A stretch of 64,000 nucleotides of DNA from Ideonella sp. MAG2 (lineage in GTDB: Bacteria; Pseudomonadota; Gammaproteobacteria; Burkholderiales; Burkholderiaceae_C). Each line of letters starts with the position of its first letter. The stretch's first letter is position 1. The position numbers and the translations under genes were made by a program. The stretch covers positions 462,771-526,770 of the forward strand of contig PTEU01000002.1 of assembly GCA_004359425.1 (NCBI GenBank), read 5' to 3'. The notes beneath the pieces were generated by a model. It was not told where the DNA came from and searched no databases. It worked only from the letters and a program-made list of their open reading frames with translations. Of this stretch, positions 17,301 through 26,896 are shown piece by piece.

Positions 17301-18247
17301 ACGGTGTCGGGCTCTATGCATTGCAGCAGCGGGTCGGTGCTGGCGCTTTGCCCTGCGGTGGCCCAAGGTCCGTTCACGGGCAGGCCGCTGGCCAGCACGG
17401 CCTCAGCCTCTTGGGCGCGAGCCATCACTGCTGCATGTTCACGCTCCAACAACTGCGGGTTGGCAGCCGTGCGGGTAATGGCTTGGAGTTTTTGCTGCAC
17501 GGTGCTGGAGCCAAACAGCTTGCCCGTGCTGCTGCCCAAGCGCACTGGGCCAGCGGGGCCCATTTGGTAGGCCCGCACCGTGCTGCCATTGAGCCACACC
17601 GCATTCCCTGCAATGGATACTGCGCTGAACATGGCGCGCTGGTTGCCGGACATCAGCAGGTCGACAAACTGCCCGCCCCAGCCGCTTGTGCTGCCTTCCA
17701 CGCCAAAAGACTGCCACGTGGATTGCTGGTCGTTGTGAGAGAACAGCTTGGCCGGTAGCGCCGCCCTGCCACTGAGGTAATTGGCTTTGCTGGTGGGTCC
17801 GATCAGCGGGCCGACATTGGCGGTGACGGCCAAGCGCTTGGCGTTGAAGAGGTCTCGCACCCCCCCCATGACGGGGTGGAAGGCCAAGCCCTCTCCGCCG
17901 CTGGCAGTCACACTCAAGGCACCACCCAGACGCTCGTGCAATACGGTGCTGGTGGGCTTGCTGGGGGTGCCTGGCGCGGCAAGGGCTATCTCGCCCACAC
18001 CGCCACGCACGCTGTCGTACCGTTGCCAGGCGCTGGACCCGGTGTCCAGCACCATGCTCATGGCATCGTTGCCACCGGCCATGAAAATGCAGACCAGAGC
18101 CTTGTAGCCGGTCGCTCCTGCAGCGGCGGCCTGGCCCATGGCAGCCAAACCCAGGCCCAAGCCACTGGCAGCCGGTGCCACCAGGCCCAGCGCAGAAGCC
18201 CGGCGCAGCACTTCACGGCGGGAGAGAAAGTCAGAGCGTTGCGACAT
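17279..18247 (-). pseudogene. DUF1501 (Tat-exported, sulfatase-like), 3'-truncated
   Basis: Tat signal SRREVLRRAS and FMAGGNDAMSM are present. The ORF stops at ~322 aa without the C-terminal GGFDTH-type region. Its last ~7 codons are antisense rfbC. Confidence 0.6.
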
Positions 18248-18255
18248 GATGGGGC

Positions 18256-20154
18256 TCACTTCTGGACAATGAATTCAGGGCTGACCAAAGTCAGCGCCAA
18301 GGCCGTCAGCACGCGGTAGCGCTTGGCGCTTTCCACTGCGGCCGCGTTGTTGCTATTGAGTACCGGAATGGTGATGGAGTTGATCGCCGCCAAGGTCTCG
18401 CTGCTCAGCGCGCTGGAGGCCGCAGCAGGCAGAAGGCGCGATTGCACATGGGCCAACAGCGTGTCTGGCCTGTCGGCCAAGCTCATCGCGGTGGTCAAAT
18501 TGACCTGCAGGTCTGGCCGAGTGGCCTTGCCGTCGGCCCCTTTGAGGCCCACACCTCGCTCGATGGCGGCCAGCATGAAGTTCACATAGCCCGCCGTGCT
18601 GCCTTCAGAGGTGATTTGCATTTCCGGCAGGGTCAGGCCCAAAGCTGCTGCTTCACCGCCGGGCGGCACATAGCCGGGCCGGTAGAAGTTAAACACGCTG
18701 GGGGAGCGCCACGGAGTTTGAGCCAGTTGGGTGGTGACATCGTCGGTGCTACCCGCCAGCACCACACCGCTGTCGGACGTGGCCTCGAAAGCGCGCAGGT
18801 ACGCAGTCAAGCGCAGCACCGGCTCGCGCAGCTTGCCAAAACGCTCTTGCTGGGCCACGGAGGTGCTGCGCGCTTCCTCGTCCAACAACACAGCCTTGAA
18901 GACTGCCTTCATGTCACCCCGCACCCCCAAGCCGTTGTTGTTGAAGGCGGCGGCCACGCGGCCCACATAGGCCGGGCTGGGATGGCTGGTGACCAGCCGC
19001 TGGATCAACTGCCGGCCGATGAAGGGGCCCACGTTGGGATGGTTGAACAAGGCATCCAGAGCGACCCTGAGGCTGGCCGCCGGGTCTGCCACCCCTTGTG
19101 CAGCGACGCCAGTGCCCAAGAAGGCCTTGGCCCCATTCTCATGAAAGCGGGGATAGCCTTGCATGGGCATGGCGTATCGGTTGGGGTCTTGATAGCCAAC
19201 GCTGCCCCAGAAGCGCTGATTCAACTGGTCAGGCCCGCCCCAGCTAAAGCCGGTGAAGACGCGGGACAAGCCGACAATATCGTCAGAGGTATAGCTCTCC
19301 ACGGGCTTGCCCGTGCCGTCCAGCACCACGCTGCCATCGGCACGCAGTTGATACAGGCCGATGGAGAAGAGTTGCATCACCTCGCGCGCAAAGTTTTGGT
19401 CGGGCTGGCGGCCCGTCAGCGGGTCTGCCGGGCGGTTGCGCATGTGCGAGAGGTACATGCCCATGGCGGGGTGCATGGCCACGTCTTGCAGCAAAGTGCG
19501 GAAGTTGCCAAACGCATTGCGAGCCAGCATGTCTTGGTAGTCGGCCACGGCTTCGGCGCGCTGGTCGTTCATGTCCAAGAGCGACACCACAAAGATTTGG
19601 GATAGCGCAAAGGCGGCCCGTTGGCGCAACTGGTCGTCGGCATACAGGGCCCGCTCGTAAAAGGACGAGATCAGCTCGTTAGGCGAGGCCACGGCCTTTG
19701 CGTCCACCGCCTTGGCTTTGGTGGTGGCCGCACGCCAGCGTGGCAAGTGCGTGGCCGTGCTGGGCAGAGCCATTTGTGCCTCTAACCAAGCCGGAGCGCC
19801 CACCGTCTGAATGGTGGTCAGCAGGGGCTCGGTGGGGCCAAAGCTAGCCTGGGTGGCCAGGCGGAAGGCCTCTGCCCGGGTCGGCAAAGTCTGTGTTGGC
19901 GCTGGCGCAGGTGCCGGTGTAGGGGCTGGCGTGGGTGCCGGTGTGGGTGCTGGCGTAGGGGCCGGCGTGGGCGATGGTGCCGGTGTCGGCGCGCGGCCCT
20001 GGGGGGCATCGGGCGTCCCTGCGGCAGGGTCACTGGCACCGCCGCCACCACCGCCGCAGGCGGCCAGCGAGAGCATGAAGGCCGCACTGAAGGCCTGCGC
20101 CAGTCGGCGCGGAATGACAGAGCGCGCCAGAGGCGCGGCGGACGACTTGCCCAT
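18256..20154 (-). CDS. DUF1800 family lipoprotein
   Basis: ORF 18256..20163 (GTG); ATG at 20154. It has lipobox LSLAACGGGGGG, a (PAPT)n linker and a DUF1800-like body (FGPT, NFAREVMQLFSIG). It is the usual partner of DUF1501. Confidence 0.85.
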   Translation of the reverse strand: MGKSSAAPLARSVIPRRLAQAFSAAFMLSLAACGGGGGGASDPAAGTPDAPQGRAPTPAPSPTPAPTPAPTPAPTPAPTPAPAPAPTQTLPTRAEAFRLATQASFGPTEPLLTTIQTVGAPAWLEAQMALPSTATHLPRWRAATTKAKAVDAKAVASPNELISSFYERALYADDQLRQRAAFALSQIFVVSLLDMNDQRAEAVADYQDMLARNAFGNFRTLLQDVAMHPAMGMYLSHMRNRPADPLTGRQPDQNFAREVMQLFSIGLYQLRADGSVVLDGTGKPVESYTSDDIVGLSRVFTGFSWGGPDQLNQRFWGSVGYQDPNRYAMPMQGYPRFHENGAKAFLGTGVAAQGVADPAASLRVALDALFNHPNVGPFIGRQLIQRLVTSHPSPAYVGRVAAAFNNNGLGVRGDMKAVFKAVLLDEEARSTSVAQQERFGKLREPVLRLTAYLRAFEATSDSGVVLAGSTDDVTTQLAQTPWRSPSVFNFYRPGYVPPGGEAAALGLTLPEMQITSEGSTAGYVNFMLAAIERGVGLKGADGKATRPDLQVNLTTAMSLADRPDTLLAHVQSRLLPAAASSALSSETLAAINSITIPVLNSNNAAAVESAKRYRVLTALALTLVSPEFIVQK

Positions 20155-20251
20155 GATGACCACCTTGTTCCGAAGACGCCATCCATACAGCGTCGATCAG
20201 ACAGGGGTATCGGCCCGGCGGGTGGGCCCTCAAGCAAGCCGTAACGCTTGC

Positions 20252-21985
20252 TTACTTGAAGGGGAAAAACACCGGAATAGCCATCAATGCGACCGCCAAA
20301 AAGGCGATAGCCACTGGCAAGCCCGTACGCACAAAGTCGCCCATGGTGTAGCGGCCAGGGGCCATGATCATCAAATTGGTCTGGTAGCCATAAGGCGTGA
20401 TGAAGCTGCAACTCGCGCCATACAACACAGCCATCACAAAAGGCATGGGAGACAGGCCCAATTGCTCGGCCACGCCCACCGCAATGGGAAAGGCCAGTGC
20501 AGCCGCTGCGTTGTTGCTCATCAGCTCGGTCAAGATCCAGGTCGCTACCAAGAGCACGGCCAGCGCCCAATAAGGCCCTGAATCTTGGGCCCCTGCCAGC
20601 AGGCCCGACGCCATGATGTTGGCAGCCCCCGTGTTGACCATGACTTCGGAGATCACCAACGAAGACGCGATGATCATGATCAGCTCCCAAGGCACATTCC
20701 GCCGCAGGTCGTCCACCCGCGCAAAGCCCAAGAGCAGGAACACGGCCAACAGCAACAGCATGCCCTTCAGGAAGTCGAAGAGACCGAAGGCAGACAAAGC
20801 AATGACGGCCACAAAGCCGACCAGCGAGAACCAGCTCTTGCGCGGGTCGACAAACTTTTGCACCTCGCGCTGCGAGACGATGACAAAGTTGCGGCTGAGA
20901 TTGTTGCGCTTCTCGAAATCTTGCCCCACCACCAGCACCAGCGCATCGCCCACTTCCAAGCGCATATTGCCGATGGAGCCACCCAGGCGTTCGCTGCCAC
21001 GCCGCACGGCAATGACTGCGGCGTCAAAGTGGGCGCGGAAGTCGACCTCGCGGATGGTGCGGCGTGCCAGCATGGAACCAGCCGCCACCACCACTTCCAC
21101 CAAATTGGCCAGCGGCAGGTGCTCGTCCTGGTCATGGGTGCGCAAACCGGGGAAGCGCGCCAACAAGTCCACCCGCGTCACGTCGCCCGTGAACACCAAT
21201 ACGTCCCCCGCATTCACAAAGCGGTCAGGCTCGACCGGGGCGATCACATACTCGCCGCGCAGGATCTCGGTCAGAAACAAATGGCCCAGGTTGCGCAGGC
21301 CTGCTTCTTCAATCGTCTTGCCGATCAAGGGGCAGTCAGGCAAGACTTCGGCTTCCAGGAAGTAGTCACTGGCGGACTCTTCTGCAGGCGGATGCGCCTT
21401 GAGCAGCTTGGGATACAGGGCAAACATCACCAAGCCGCAGGCCACCACAATCAAGCCCCCGACCGGGAGCAAATCAAAGAGCTGCAGCTCAGGCATCTTG
21501 CGTCCCGCCAACAAGCTGTTGACCAGCAAGTTGGTGCTGGTGCCCACCAGAGTCAGAATGCCACCCAGAGAGGCGGCAAAGCACATGGGCATCAGCAAGC
21601 GCGACGCGCTGTGTTCGCGGTTGGCCTTGAGCGGGCCAAGCAGTGAAGCCACCACGGCCGTGTTGTTCAAAAAGGCCGAATAGAGCGCGGTGGCACCATA
21701 GAGCTTGACCAAGGCCCAGCGATAAGGACCGCGCACCAAGCGGTCGGCAATCAGCTCCAGCATGCGGCTCTTATCGAGCACGATGGAGAGCAGCAGCAAC
21801 ACCACGACGGTGATGAGCCCGTTATTGGTGAATTGCTTGAGCGTGTCTTTGATGCTGATGTAGTCCAGCATCACATACAGAAACGCCACGCAGGCGAACA
21901 CCACGCCAGGCGACTTTTTGTCGCGTACCAATTCCACCACCAGCCAAGCCAAGCTGGCGAAGACGACGCCTTGGTCAACAGTCAT
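20252..21985 (-). CDS. SLC13/DASS family permease with two TrkA-C domains (probable sulfate/anion transporter)
   Basis: ORF 20252..22003 (TTG); ATG at 21985. The polytopic termini flank a soluble TrkA-C-like middle. It sits directly downstream of cysNC. Confidence 0.8.
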   Translation of the reverse strand: MTVDQGVVFASLAWLVVELVRDKKSPGVVFACVAFLYVMLDYISIKDTLKQFTNNGLITVVVLLLLSIVLDKSRMLELIADRLVRGPYRWALVKLYGATALYSAFLNNTAVVASLLGPLKANREHSASRLLMPMCFAASLGGILTLVGTSTNLLVNSLLAGRKMPELQLFDLLPVGGLIVVACGLVMFALYPKLLKAHPPAEESASDYFLEAEVLPDCPLIGKTIEEAGLRNLGHLFLTEILRGEYVIAPVEPDRFVNAGDVLVFTGDVTRVDLLARFPGLRTHDQDEHLPLANLVEVVVAAGSMLARRTIREVDFRAHFDAAVIAVRRGSERLGGSIGNMRLEVGDALVLVVGQDFEKRNNLSRNFVIVSQREVQKFVDPRKSWFSLVGFVAVIALSAFGLFDFLKGMLLLLAVFLLLGFARVDDLRRNVPWELIMIIASSLVISEVMVNTGAANIMASGLLAGAQDSGPYWALAVLLVATWILTELMSNNAAAALAFPIAVGVAEQLGLSPMPFVMAVLYGASCSFITPYGYQTNLMIMAPGRYTMGDFVRTGLPVAIAFLAVALMAIPVFFPFK

Positions 21986-22008
21986 GTACAAGTCTCTGTG
22001 CAAACGAT

Positions 22009-22033
22009 AGCGCCCGCCTCAAAGGCGGGCGCT
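22009..22033 (-). terminator. perfect 10-bp GC hairpin between cysNC and the permease gene
   Basis: AGCGCCCGCC-tttga-GGCGGGCGCT followed by UAUCGUUUG on the minus strand. It could be an attenuator or partial terminator. Confidence 0.4.
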
Positions 22034-22053
22034 ACTGGGGAGGCCGCAAGGCC

Positions 22054-23958
22054 TTAGTCGATCAGGCCCAAGGCCTTGAGGCGAATGATCACTTGGTCTG
22101 CCGCTTGCTCTGCCGACTGAGTGGTGGTGTTGACGCGCAGCTCGGGGTTCTCAGGCGGCTCATACGGGCTGGAGATGCCGGTGAAGTTGGCAATCTCGCC
22201 GCGTCGCGCCTTTTTGTAGAGACCCTTGACATCGCGCTCTTCGGCCACGGCCAGCGGCGTGTCCACATGCACTTCGATGAACTCGCCCTCACCCATCAGG
22301 CCGCGTGCCATGGCGCGCTCAGAGCGGAAGGGGGAGATGAAGGCCGTCAGCACGATCAGGCCGGAGTCCACCATCAGGCGGGCCACCTCGGAGATGCGGC
22401 GGATGTTCTCCACGCGGTCTGCCTCGGTAAAGCCCAGGTCCTTGTTCAGGCCATGGCGGATGTTGTCACCGTCCAGCAGATAGGTGTGGCGGCCCATGGC
22501 ATGCAGCTTCTTTTCCACCAGGTTGGCAATGGTGGACTTGCCTGAGCCGGAGAGCCCCGTGAACCACAACACGCCGGGGCGCTGACCCTTGGCCTTGGCG
22601 CGGGCGGCTTTGTCCACGTCCACATGCTGCATGTGGATGTTGTGCGAGCGGCGCAGCGCGAAGTGCAACATGCCCGCGCCAACTGTGTTGTTGGTCAGGC
22701 GGTTGATCAGGATGAAGCCACCGGTGTCGCGGTTGACGGTGTAGGGGTCAAAAGCAATCGGGCGGTCCAGCGCCAGGTTGACCACACCAATCTCATTGAT
22801 CTCCAACTGCTTGGCGGCCAAGTGCTCCATGGTGTTGACGTTGACCTTGTACTTGGGCTCGGTCACCGTGGCGGGCACGGTTTGGGTGCCGATCTTCAGC
22901 AAGTAGGGGCGGCCTGGCAGCATGGGCTCATCGTGCATCCACACCAAGGTGGCTTCGAACTGGTCGGCCACTTCGGCCGGGGCGTCTGCCGAGGAGATGA
23001 CATCGCCGCGCGAGATGTCGATTTCATCGGCCAGCGTGATGGTCACGCTTTGGCCGGCCACCGCCAAAGGCAGGTCGCCATTGAGGGTGACGATGCGCGA
23101 GACCGTGCTCTCACGGCCCGAGGGCTGGGCGCGGATGCGATCACCCGGCTTGATTTGGCCGGCGGTGATGACGCCGCAGAAGCCGCGGAAGTCAAGGTTG
23201 GGGCGGTTGACCCACTGCACCGGTAGGCGGAAGGCCTCTTTTTGCAAACGGGTCTCGTCGATCTCGCAGGTCTCCAAAAAGCCCATCAAGGTGGGGCCAC
23301 GGTACCAGGGTGTCTTCTCGCTGGGCGTGGTCATGTTGTCGCCCTTCAAGCCCGACAACGGGATGGAGGTGATGTCGGCCAAACCGATCTGCTTGGCAAA
23401 CTCGCGGTACTCCTCGTTGATCTGCTTGAAGACCTTTTCCGAGTAGTCCACCAAGTCCATCTTGTTGATGGCCAGCACGACTTTGCGAATGCCGATCAGG
23501 CTGACCAGATAGCTGTGGCGACGCGTTTGCGTCAGCACGCCCTTGCGCGCGTCGATCAAGATGACCGCCACATCGGCCGTGGAGGCGCCCGTGATCATGT
23601 TGCGGGTGTACTGCTCATGGCCCGGGGTGTCGGCCACGATGAACTTGCGGCGGTCCGTGCTGAAGAAGCGGTAGGCCACGTCAATGGTGATGCCCTGCTC
23701 GCGCTCTGCGGCCAGGCCATCGACCAGCAGCGCAAAGTCGATGTCACCGCCTTGGGTGCCCCATTTTTTGGAGTCGTTTTCAATCGCGGCCAGTTGATCC
23801 TCGAAGAGCATCTTCGACTCATACAACAGCCGCCCGATGACGGTGGACTTGCCGTCGTCCACCGACCCGCAAGTGATAAAACGCAGCAAGCTCTTCTTCT
23901 CGTGCTGCTTGAGGTACTGCTCAATGTCGGTGGAGATCAGGTCCGAAACGTGGGCCAT
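22054..23958 (-). CDS. cysNC: bifunctional sulfate adenylyltransferase subunit 1 / adenylylsulfate kinase
   Basis: 634 aa. The GTPase N-terminus is [27 protein letters not shown]. The C-terminal APS kinase has P-loop GLSGSGKST. Confidence 0.95.
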   Translation of the reverse strand: MAHVSDLISTDIEQYLKQHEKKSLLRFITCGSVDDGKSTVIGRLLYESKMLFEDQLAAIENDSKKWGTQGGDIDFALLVDGLAAEREQGITIDVAYRFFSTDRRKFIVADTPGHEQYTRNMITGASTADVAVILIDARKGVLTQTRRHSYLVSLIGIRKVVLAINKMDLVDYSEKVFKQINEEYREFAKQIGLADITSIPLSGLKGDNMTTPSEKTPWYRGPTLMGFLETCEIDETRLQKEAFRLPVQWVNRPNLDFRGFCGVITAGQIKPGDRIRAQPSGRESTVSRIVTLNGDLPLAVAGQSVTITLADEIDISRGDVISSADAPAEVADQFEATLVWMHDEPMLPGRPYLLKIGTQTVPATVTEPKYKVNVNTMEHLAAKQLEINEIGVVNLALDRPIAFDPYTVNRDTGGFILINRLTNNTVGAGMLHFALRRSHNIHMQHVDVDKAARAKAKGQRPGVLWFTGLSGSGKSTIANLVEKKLHAMGRHTYLLDGDNIRHGLNKDLGFTEADRVENIRRISEVARLMVDSGLIVLTAFISPFRSERAMARGLMGEGEFIEVHVDTPLAVAEERDVKGLYKKARRGEIANFTGISSPYEPPENPELRVNTTTQSAEQAADQVIIRLKALGLID

Positions 23959-24044
23959 GGTGATTCCTTAAACCAAAAATTTTGACAACGCACCAGCCGC
24001 GATAACCGCAGGCCAGCAACGCTACGAATGGTGTTCATCCTCGA

Positions 24045-24093
24045 CTCGGGAAGCGAGGGTTCCCCTCGCCGACCCGAGCGCCCCCTCGGGGGG
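24045..24093 (-). repeat. nested GC-rich REP-like hairpins in the cysD-cysNC spacer
   Basis: CTCGGG-..-CGAGGG-ttc-CCCTCG-..-CCCGAG, followed by CCCCC-tc-GGGGGG. Confidence 0.35.
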
Positions 24094-24120
24094 CAGCGAC
24101 CGGCAGGGAGCGTGGGGGCA

Positions 24121-25020
24121 TCAAAAATACCCCTCTTGCTTCTTCTTCTCCATCGAAGCGGCGGCGTCGTGGTCGATCATGCGGCCCTGACGCTCCGAGG
24201 TCTTGGTCAGCAGCATCTCTTGAATGATGGAAGGCAGGGTGTCCGCCTCAGACTCCACCGCACCCGAGAGCGGGTAGCAACCCAGGGTGCGGAAGCGCAC
24301 GCTTTTCATCATCGGCACTTCGCCTTCACGCAAGGGGAAGCGCTCGTCGTCCACCATGATCAAGGTGCCGTCACGCTCCACCACCGGGCGTTTGGCCGCG
24401 TAGTACAGCGGCACGATGGGCACGTTTTCTTGATAGATGTATTGCCAGATGTCCAACTCAGTCCAGTTGGAGATGGGAAACACGCGGATCGACTCGCCCT
24501 TTTGCTTGCGGCCGTTGTAGAGCCGCCAGAGCTCAGGGCGCTGGCTCTTGGGGTCCCAGCGGTGCTGGGCCGAGCGGAAGGAGAAGATGCGCTCTTTGGC
24601 GCGGCTCTTTTCTTCGTCGCGGCGGGCACCACCAAAGGCGGCGTCAAAGTTGTACTTGTCCAGCGCCTGCTTCAGGCCCTGGGTCTTCCACATATCGGTG
24701 TGGATTTGCGAGCCATGCGTGAAGGGGTTGATGCCCAACTCCATGGCCTCGGGGTTGTGGTGGACCAGCAAGTCCATGCCCAGCTCTTTGGCCATGCGGT
24801 CGCGCATGTCGTACATGGCCCGGAACTTCCAGGTCGTGTCCACATGCAGCAGCGGGAAGGGCGGCGGCGAGGGGAAAAAGGCCTTTTTGGCCAGGTGCAG
24901 CATCACCGCTGAATCTTTGCCGATGGAATACAGCATCACCGGGTTCTCGGCCTCGGCAACAACCTCGCGCATGATGTGGATGCTCTCGGCTTCCAGGCGC
25001 TGCAAATGGGTCAAGCTCAT
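24121..25020 (-). CDS. cysD: sulfate adenylyltransferase subunit 2
   Basis: ATG at 25020 preceded by [29 protein letters not shown]...YSIGKDS (PP-loop)...[10 protein letters not shown]. Length is 299 aa. Confidence 0.95.
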   Translation of the reverse strand: MSLTHLQRLEAESIHIMREVVAEAENPVMLYSIGKDSAVMLHLAKKAFFPSPPPFPLLHVDTTWKFRAMYDMRDRMAKELGMDLLVHHNPEAMELGINPFTHGSQIHTDMWKTQGLKQALDKYNFDAAFGGARRDEEKSRAKERIFSFRSAQHRWDPKSQRPELWRLYNGRKQKGESIRVFPISNWTELDIWQYIYQENVPIVPLYYAAKRPVVERDGTLIMVDDERFPLREGEVPMMKSVRFRTLGCYPLSGAVESEADTLPSIIQEMLLTKTSERQGRMIDHDAAASMEKKKQEGYF

Positions 25021-25986
25021 GGGGGGCTCCCTTTCTTCGGGCAAATGTTCAGACGGGGGGTCGGACTGAAAGGTGGACGACATCACGCGCCGCTGCGCGC
25101 CAGCGGCGTTGGGCAACGGTGACACCGGGGAAGGTGGTGGGCTGGTGGCCGGTGCGGCATGGGGGCGGGGCACCGCAGGCTCGTACAGGTCCAGACGCAG
25201 GCGGGGCTGCGCCGGGCAGGCCCGCAGGGCCAAGTGCGGCTGCTCGGCCAACCACGCCCACAGCTCGGGCGCGCGCCGCAGGTCGGGGCCACACAAAAAA
25301 ACCTGCCAAGCCCCCTTGGGCGGAACGCCCAGGCGGGCCAAAAAATCTTGATAGGCCGCCGCACGGGCAATGTGGGGCACAGGCAACCAACGCAAGCTGC
25401 CCCGCGGGCACAGCGCCACCAGCAAACCGCCTTGGGGCGGGCACTCTGGGTGCGGCACCGCCCCCATCCACAGCAGGCGTTGGCCCGCGCGAGCACGGGT
25501 GGCAGCGTCTTGCGCCGGGCTCCAAACGTCTTGCACCCAGGCCTTTGCCGCCGCATCGTGCAGGGTGCAGTCGCGCAAAGCCTGCACCGCCACGCCCCAA
25601 CGTGCCAACAGGCGCGAGAGGGCGCGCGCTTCGAGGCGCACTTGCCAGCGGCTCAGGGCCAGGGCTTGCACGCTGGCGGTGCTCCACAAGCCCGCTGGAG
25701 CCCCCGCCGCCTCGGGTGGGCCTTGCAGCACGGCGGCCCGCAGGGCGGCCTCGGCATCGGCCGACAGCACGCGGCCTTCGCCCCGGGGGCGCCCCCGTGC
25801 TGCGACATCAATGGCCGACCAGCCGCCGCTGGCAAAGGCTTTGTAAGCCTTGATGATGGTGGGCACGGACAAGCCGGTTTCGGCTTGGATGCGGGTCAAA
25901 CTCAGGCCGTCCACGCGCAACTGCACCGCCCGCTTGCGGCGGGCATTGAGTGCGTTGACATCGAGCGCAGAAGCGTTTGCGTTCAC
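25021..25986 (-). CDS. IS630-like HTH/transposase-derived ORF with no stop codon before cysD
   Basis: It lies in the same frame as cysD within ORF 24121..26586. There is a GTG at 25986 or a TTG at 25989. HTH: [27 protein letters not shown]630-type winged helix: [33 protein letters not shown]. The DDE-region positions look degenerate. Confidence 0.4.
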
Positions 25987-26076
25987 CAAGAACAACCTGG
26001 ACAGTAAATGTTTTAGGGGTGTGATTCTGTCACGGGCTCGGCACAATGCCCCATCCCCTGTTTGAAAGCCCCCACC

Positions 26077-26853
26077 ATGAGCACCCCCGCCAGCCTTGAT
26101 TTGCCCGGCCTGTTGCAGCGCCTCACCCCCCTCATCCGGGACGCCGGGCAGGTGATCATGGACATCTACGCCACCGACTTTGACGTGACTCGCAAGGGCG
26201 ATGACTCCCCCGTCACGGTGGCCGACCAACAAGCCGAGGCCGTGATCTTGGCGGGGCTGGACAAGCTCGCCCCTGGCATCCCCGTGGTGGCCGAAGAAGC
26301 TGTGGCTGCGGGCCATATTCCAGAAGTGAGCGAATGCTTCTTTTTGGTAGACCCCCTGGATGGCACCAAGGAATTCATCAGCCGCAATGGTGAGTTCACC
26401 GTCAACATCGCCCTGATTCAACAAGGCCGGCCCGTGCTGGGCTTGGTTTACGCCCCCGCCATTGGCCGCCTGTTTGGTGGTGCTGAGGGCCAGGGCGCTT
26501 GGCTGGAAGACCGCCAGGGCCGCCGCGCCATTGCCTGCCGCGCCGTGCCGCCCGAGGGCCTGACCGTGGTGGCCAGCCGTTCGCATGGCGACGAGACCGC
26601 CTTGGATGCTTTTCTGAATGGCCGCACCGTGGCCTCACGCACCAACGCGGGCTCGTCCTTGAAGCTGTGTTTGGTGGCCGCTGGCGAAGCCGACCTCTAC
26701 CCCCGCCTGGGCCGCACCATGGAGTGGGACATTGCCGCCGGTGACGCCGTGCTGCGCGCCGCCGGGGGCAAGGTGTGCACGCTGGAGGGGGCTCTGCTGG
26801 CTTATGGCAAGCCGGGCTGGGACAACCCGCACTTCGCCGCCTCTGGGCTCTGA
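26077..26853 (+). CDS. cysQ: 3'(2'),5'-bisphosphate nucleotidase
   Basis: ORF 26062..26853 (TTG); ATG at 26077. Motifs [20 protein letters not shown] and [10 protein letters not shown]. Confidence 0.9.
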   Translation: MSTPASLDLPGLLQRLTPLIRDAGQVIMDIYATDFDVTRKGDDSPVTVADQQAEAVILAGLDKLAPGIPVVAEEAVAAGHIPEVSECFFLVDPLDGTKEFISRNGEFTVNIALIQQGRPVLGLVYAPAIGRLFGGAEGQGAWLEDRQGRRAIACRAVPPEGLTVVASRSHGDETALDAFLNGRTVASRTNAGSSLKLCLVAAGEADLYPRLGRTMEWDIAAGDAVLRAAGGKVCTLEGALLAYGKPGWDNPHFAASGL

Positions 26854-26896
26854 TAGCGTGGGCGGGTAACAGCCAGCCGCCAACCCGCCCTCCCCG

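Noticed and set aside
17016-17570. 184-aa ORF that could be taken for an intact rfbC
   Set aside because: Only residues 26-95 are RfbC-like. The remainder is the antisense of the DUF1501 gene, so it is called a truncated pseudogene instead.
25021-25986. Calling the IS630-like ORF a mobile element
   Set aside because: There are no terminal inverted repeats or TA duplication, and the catalytic DDE positions look degenerate. It is treated as a domesticated or decayed ORF, not an IS copy.
25987-26586. N-terminal 200 aa of the 821-aa ORF 24121..26586
   Set aside because: It lies antisense to the well-supported cysQ gene and its product is low-complexity and Gly/Ala/His-rich. Only the cysD part and, tentatively, the IS630-like part are treated as coding.
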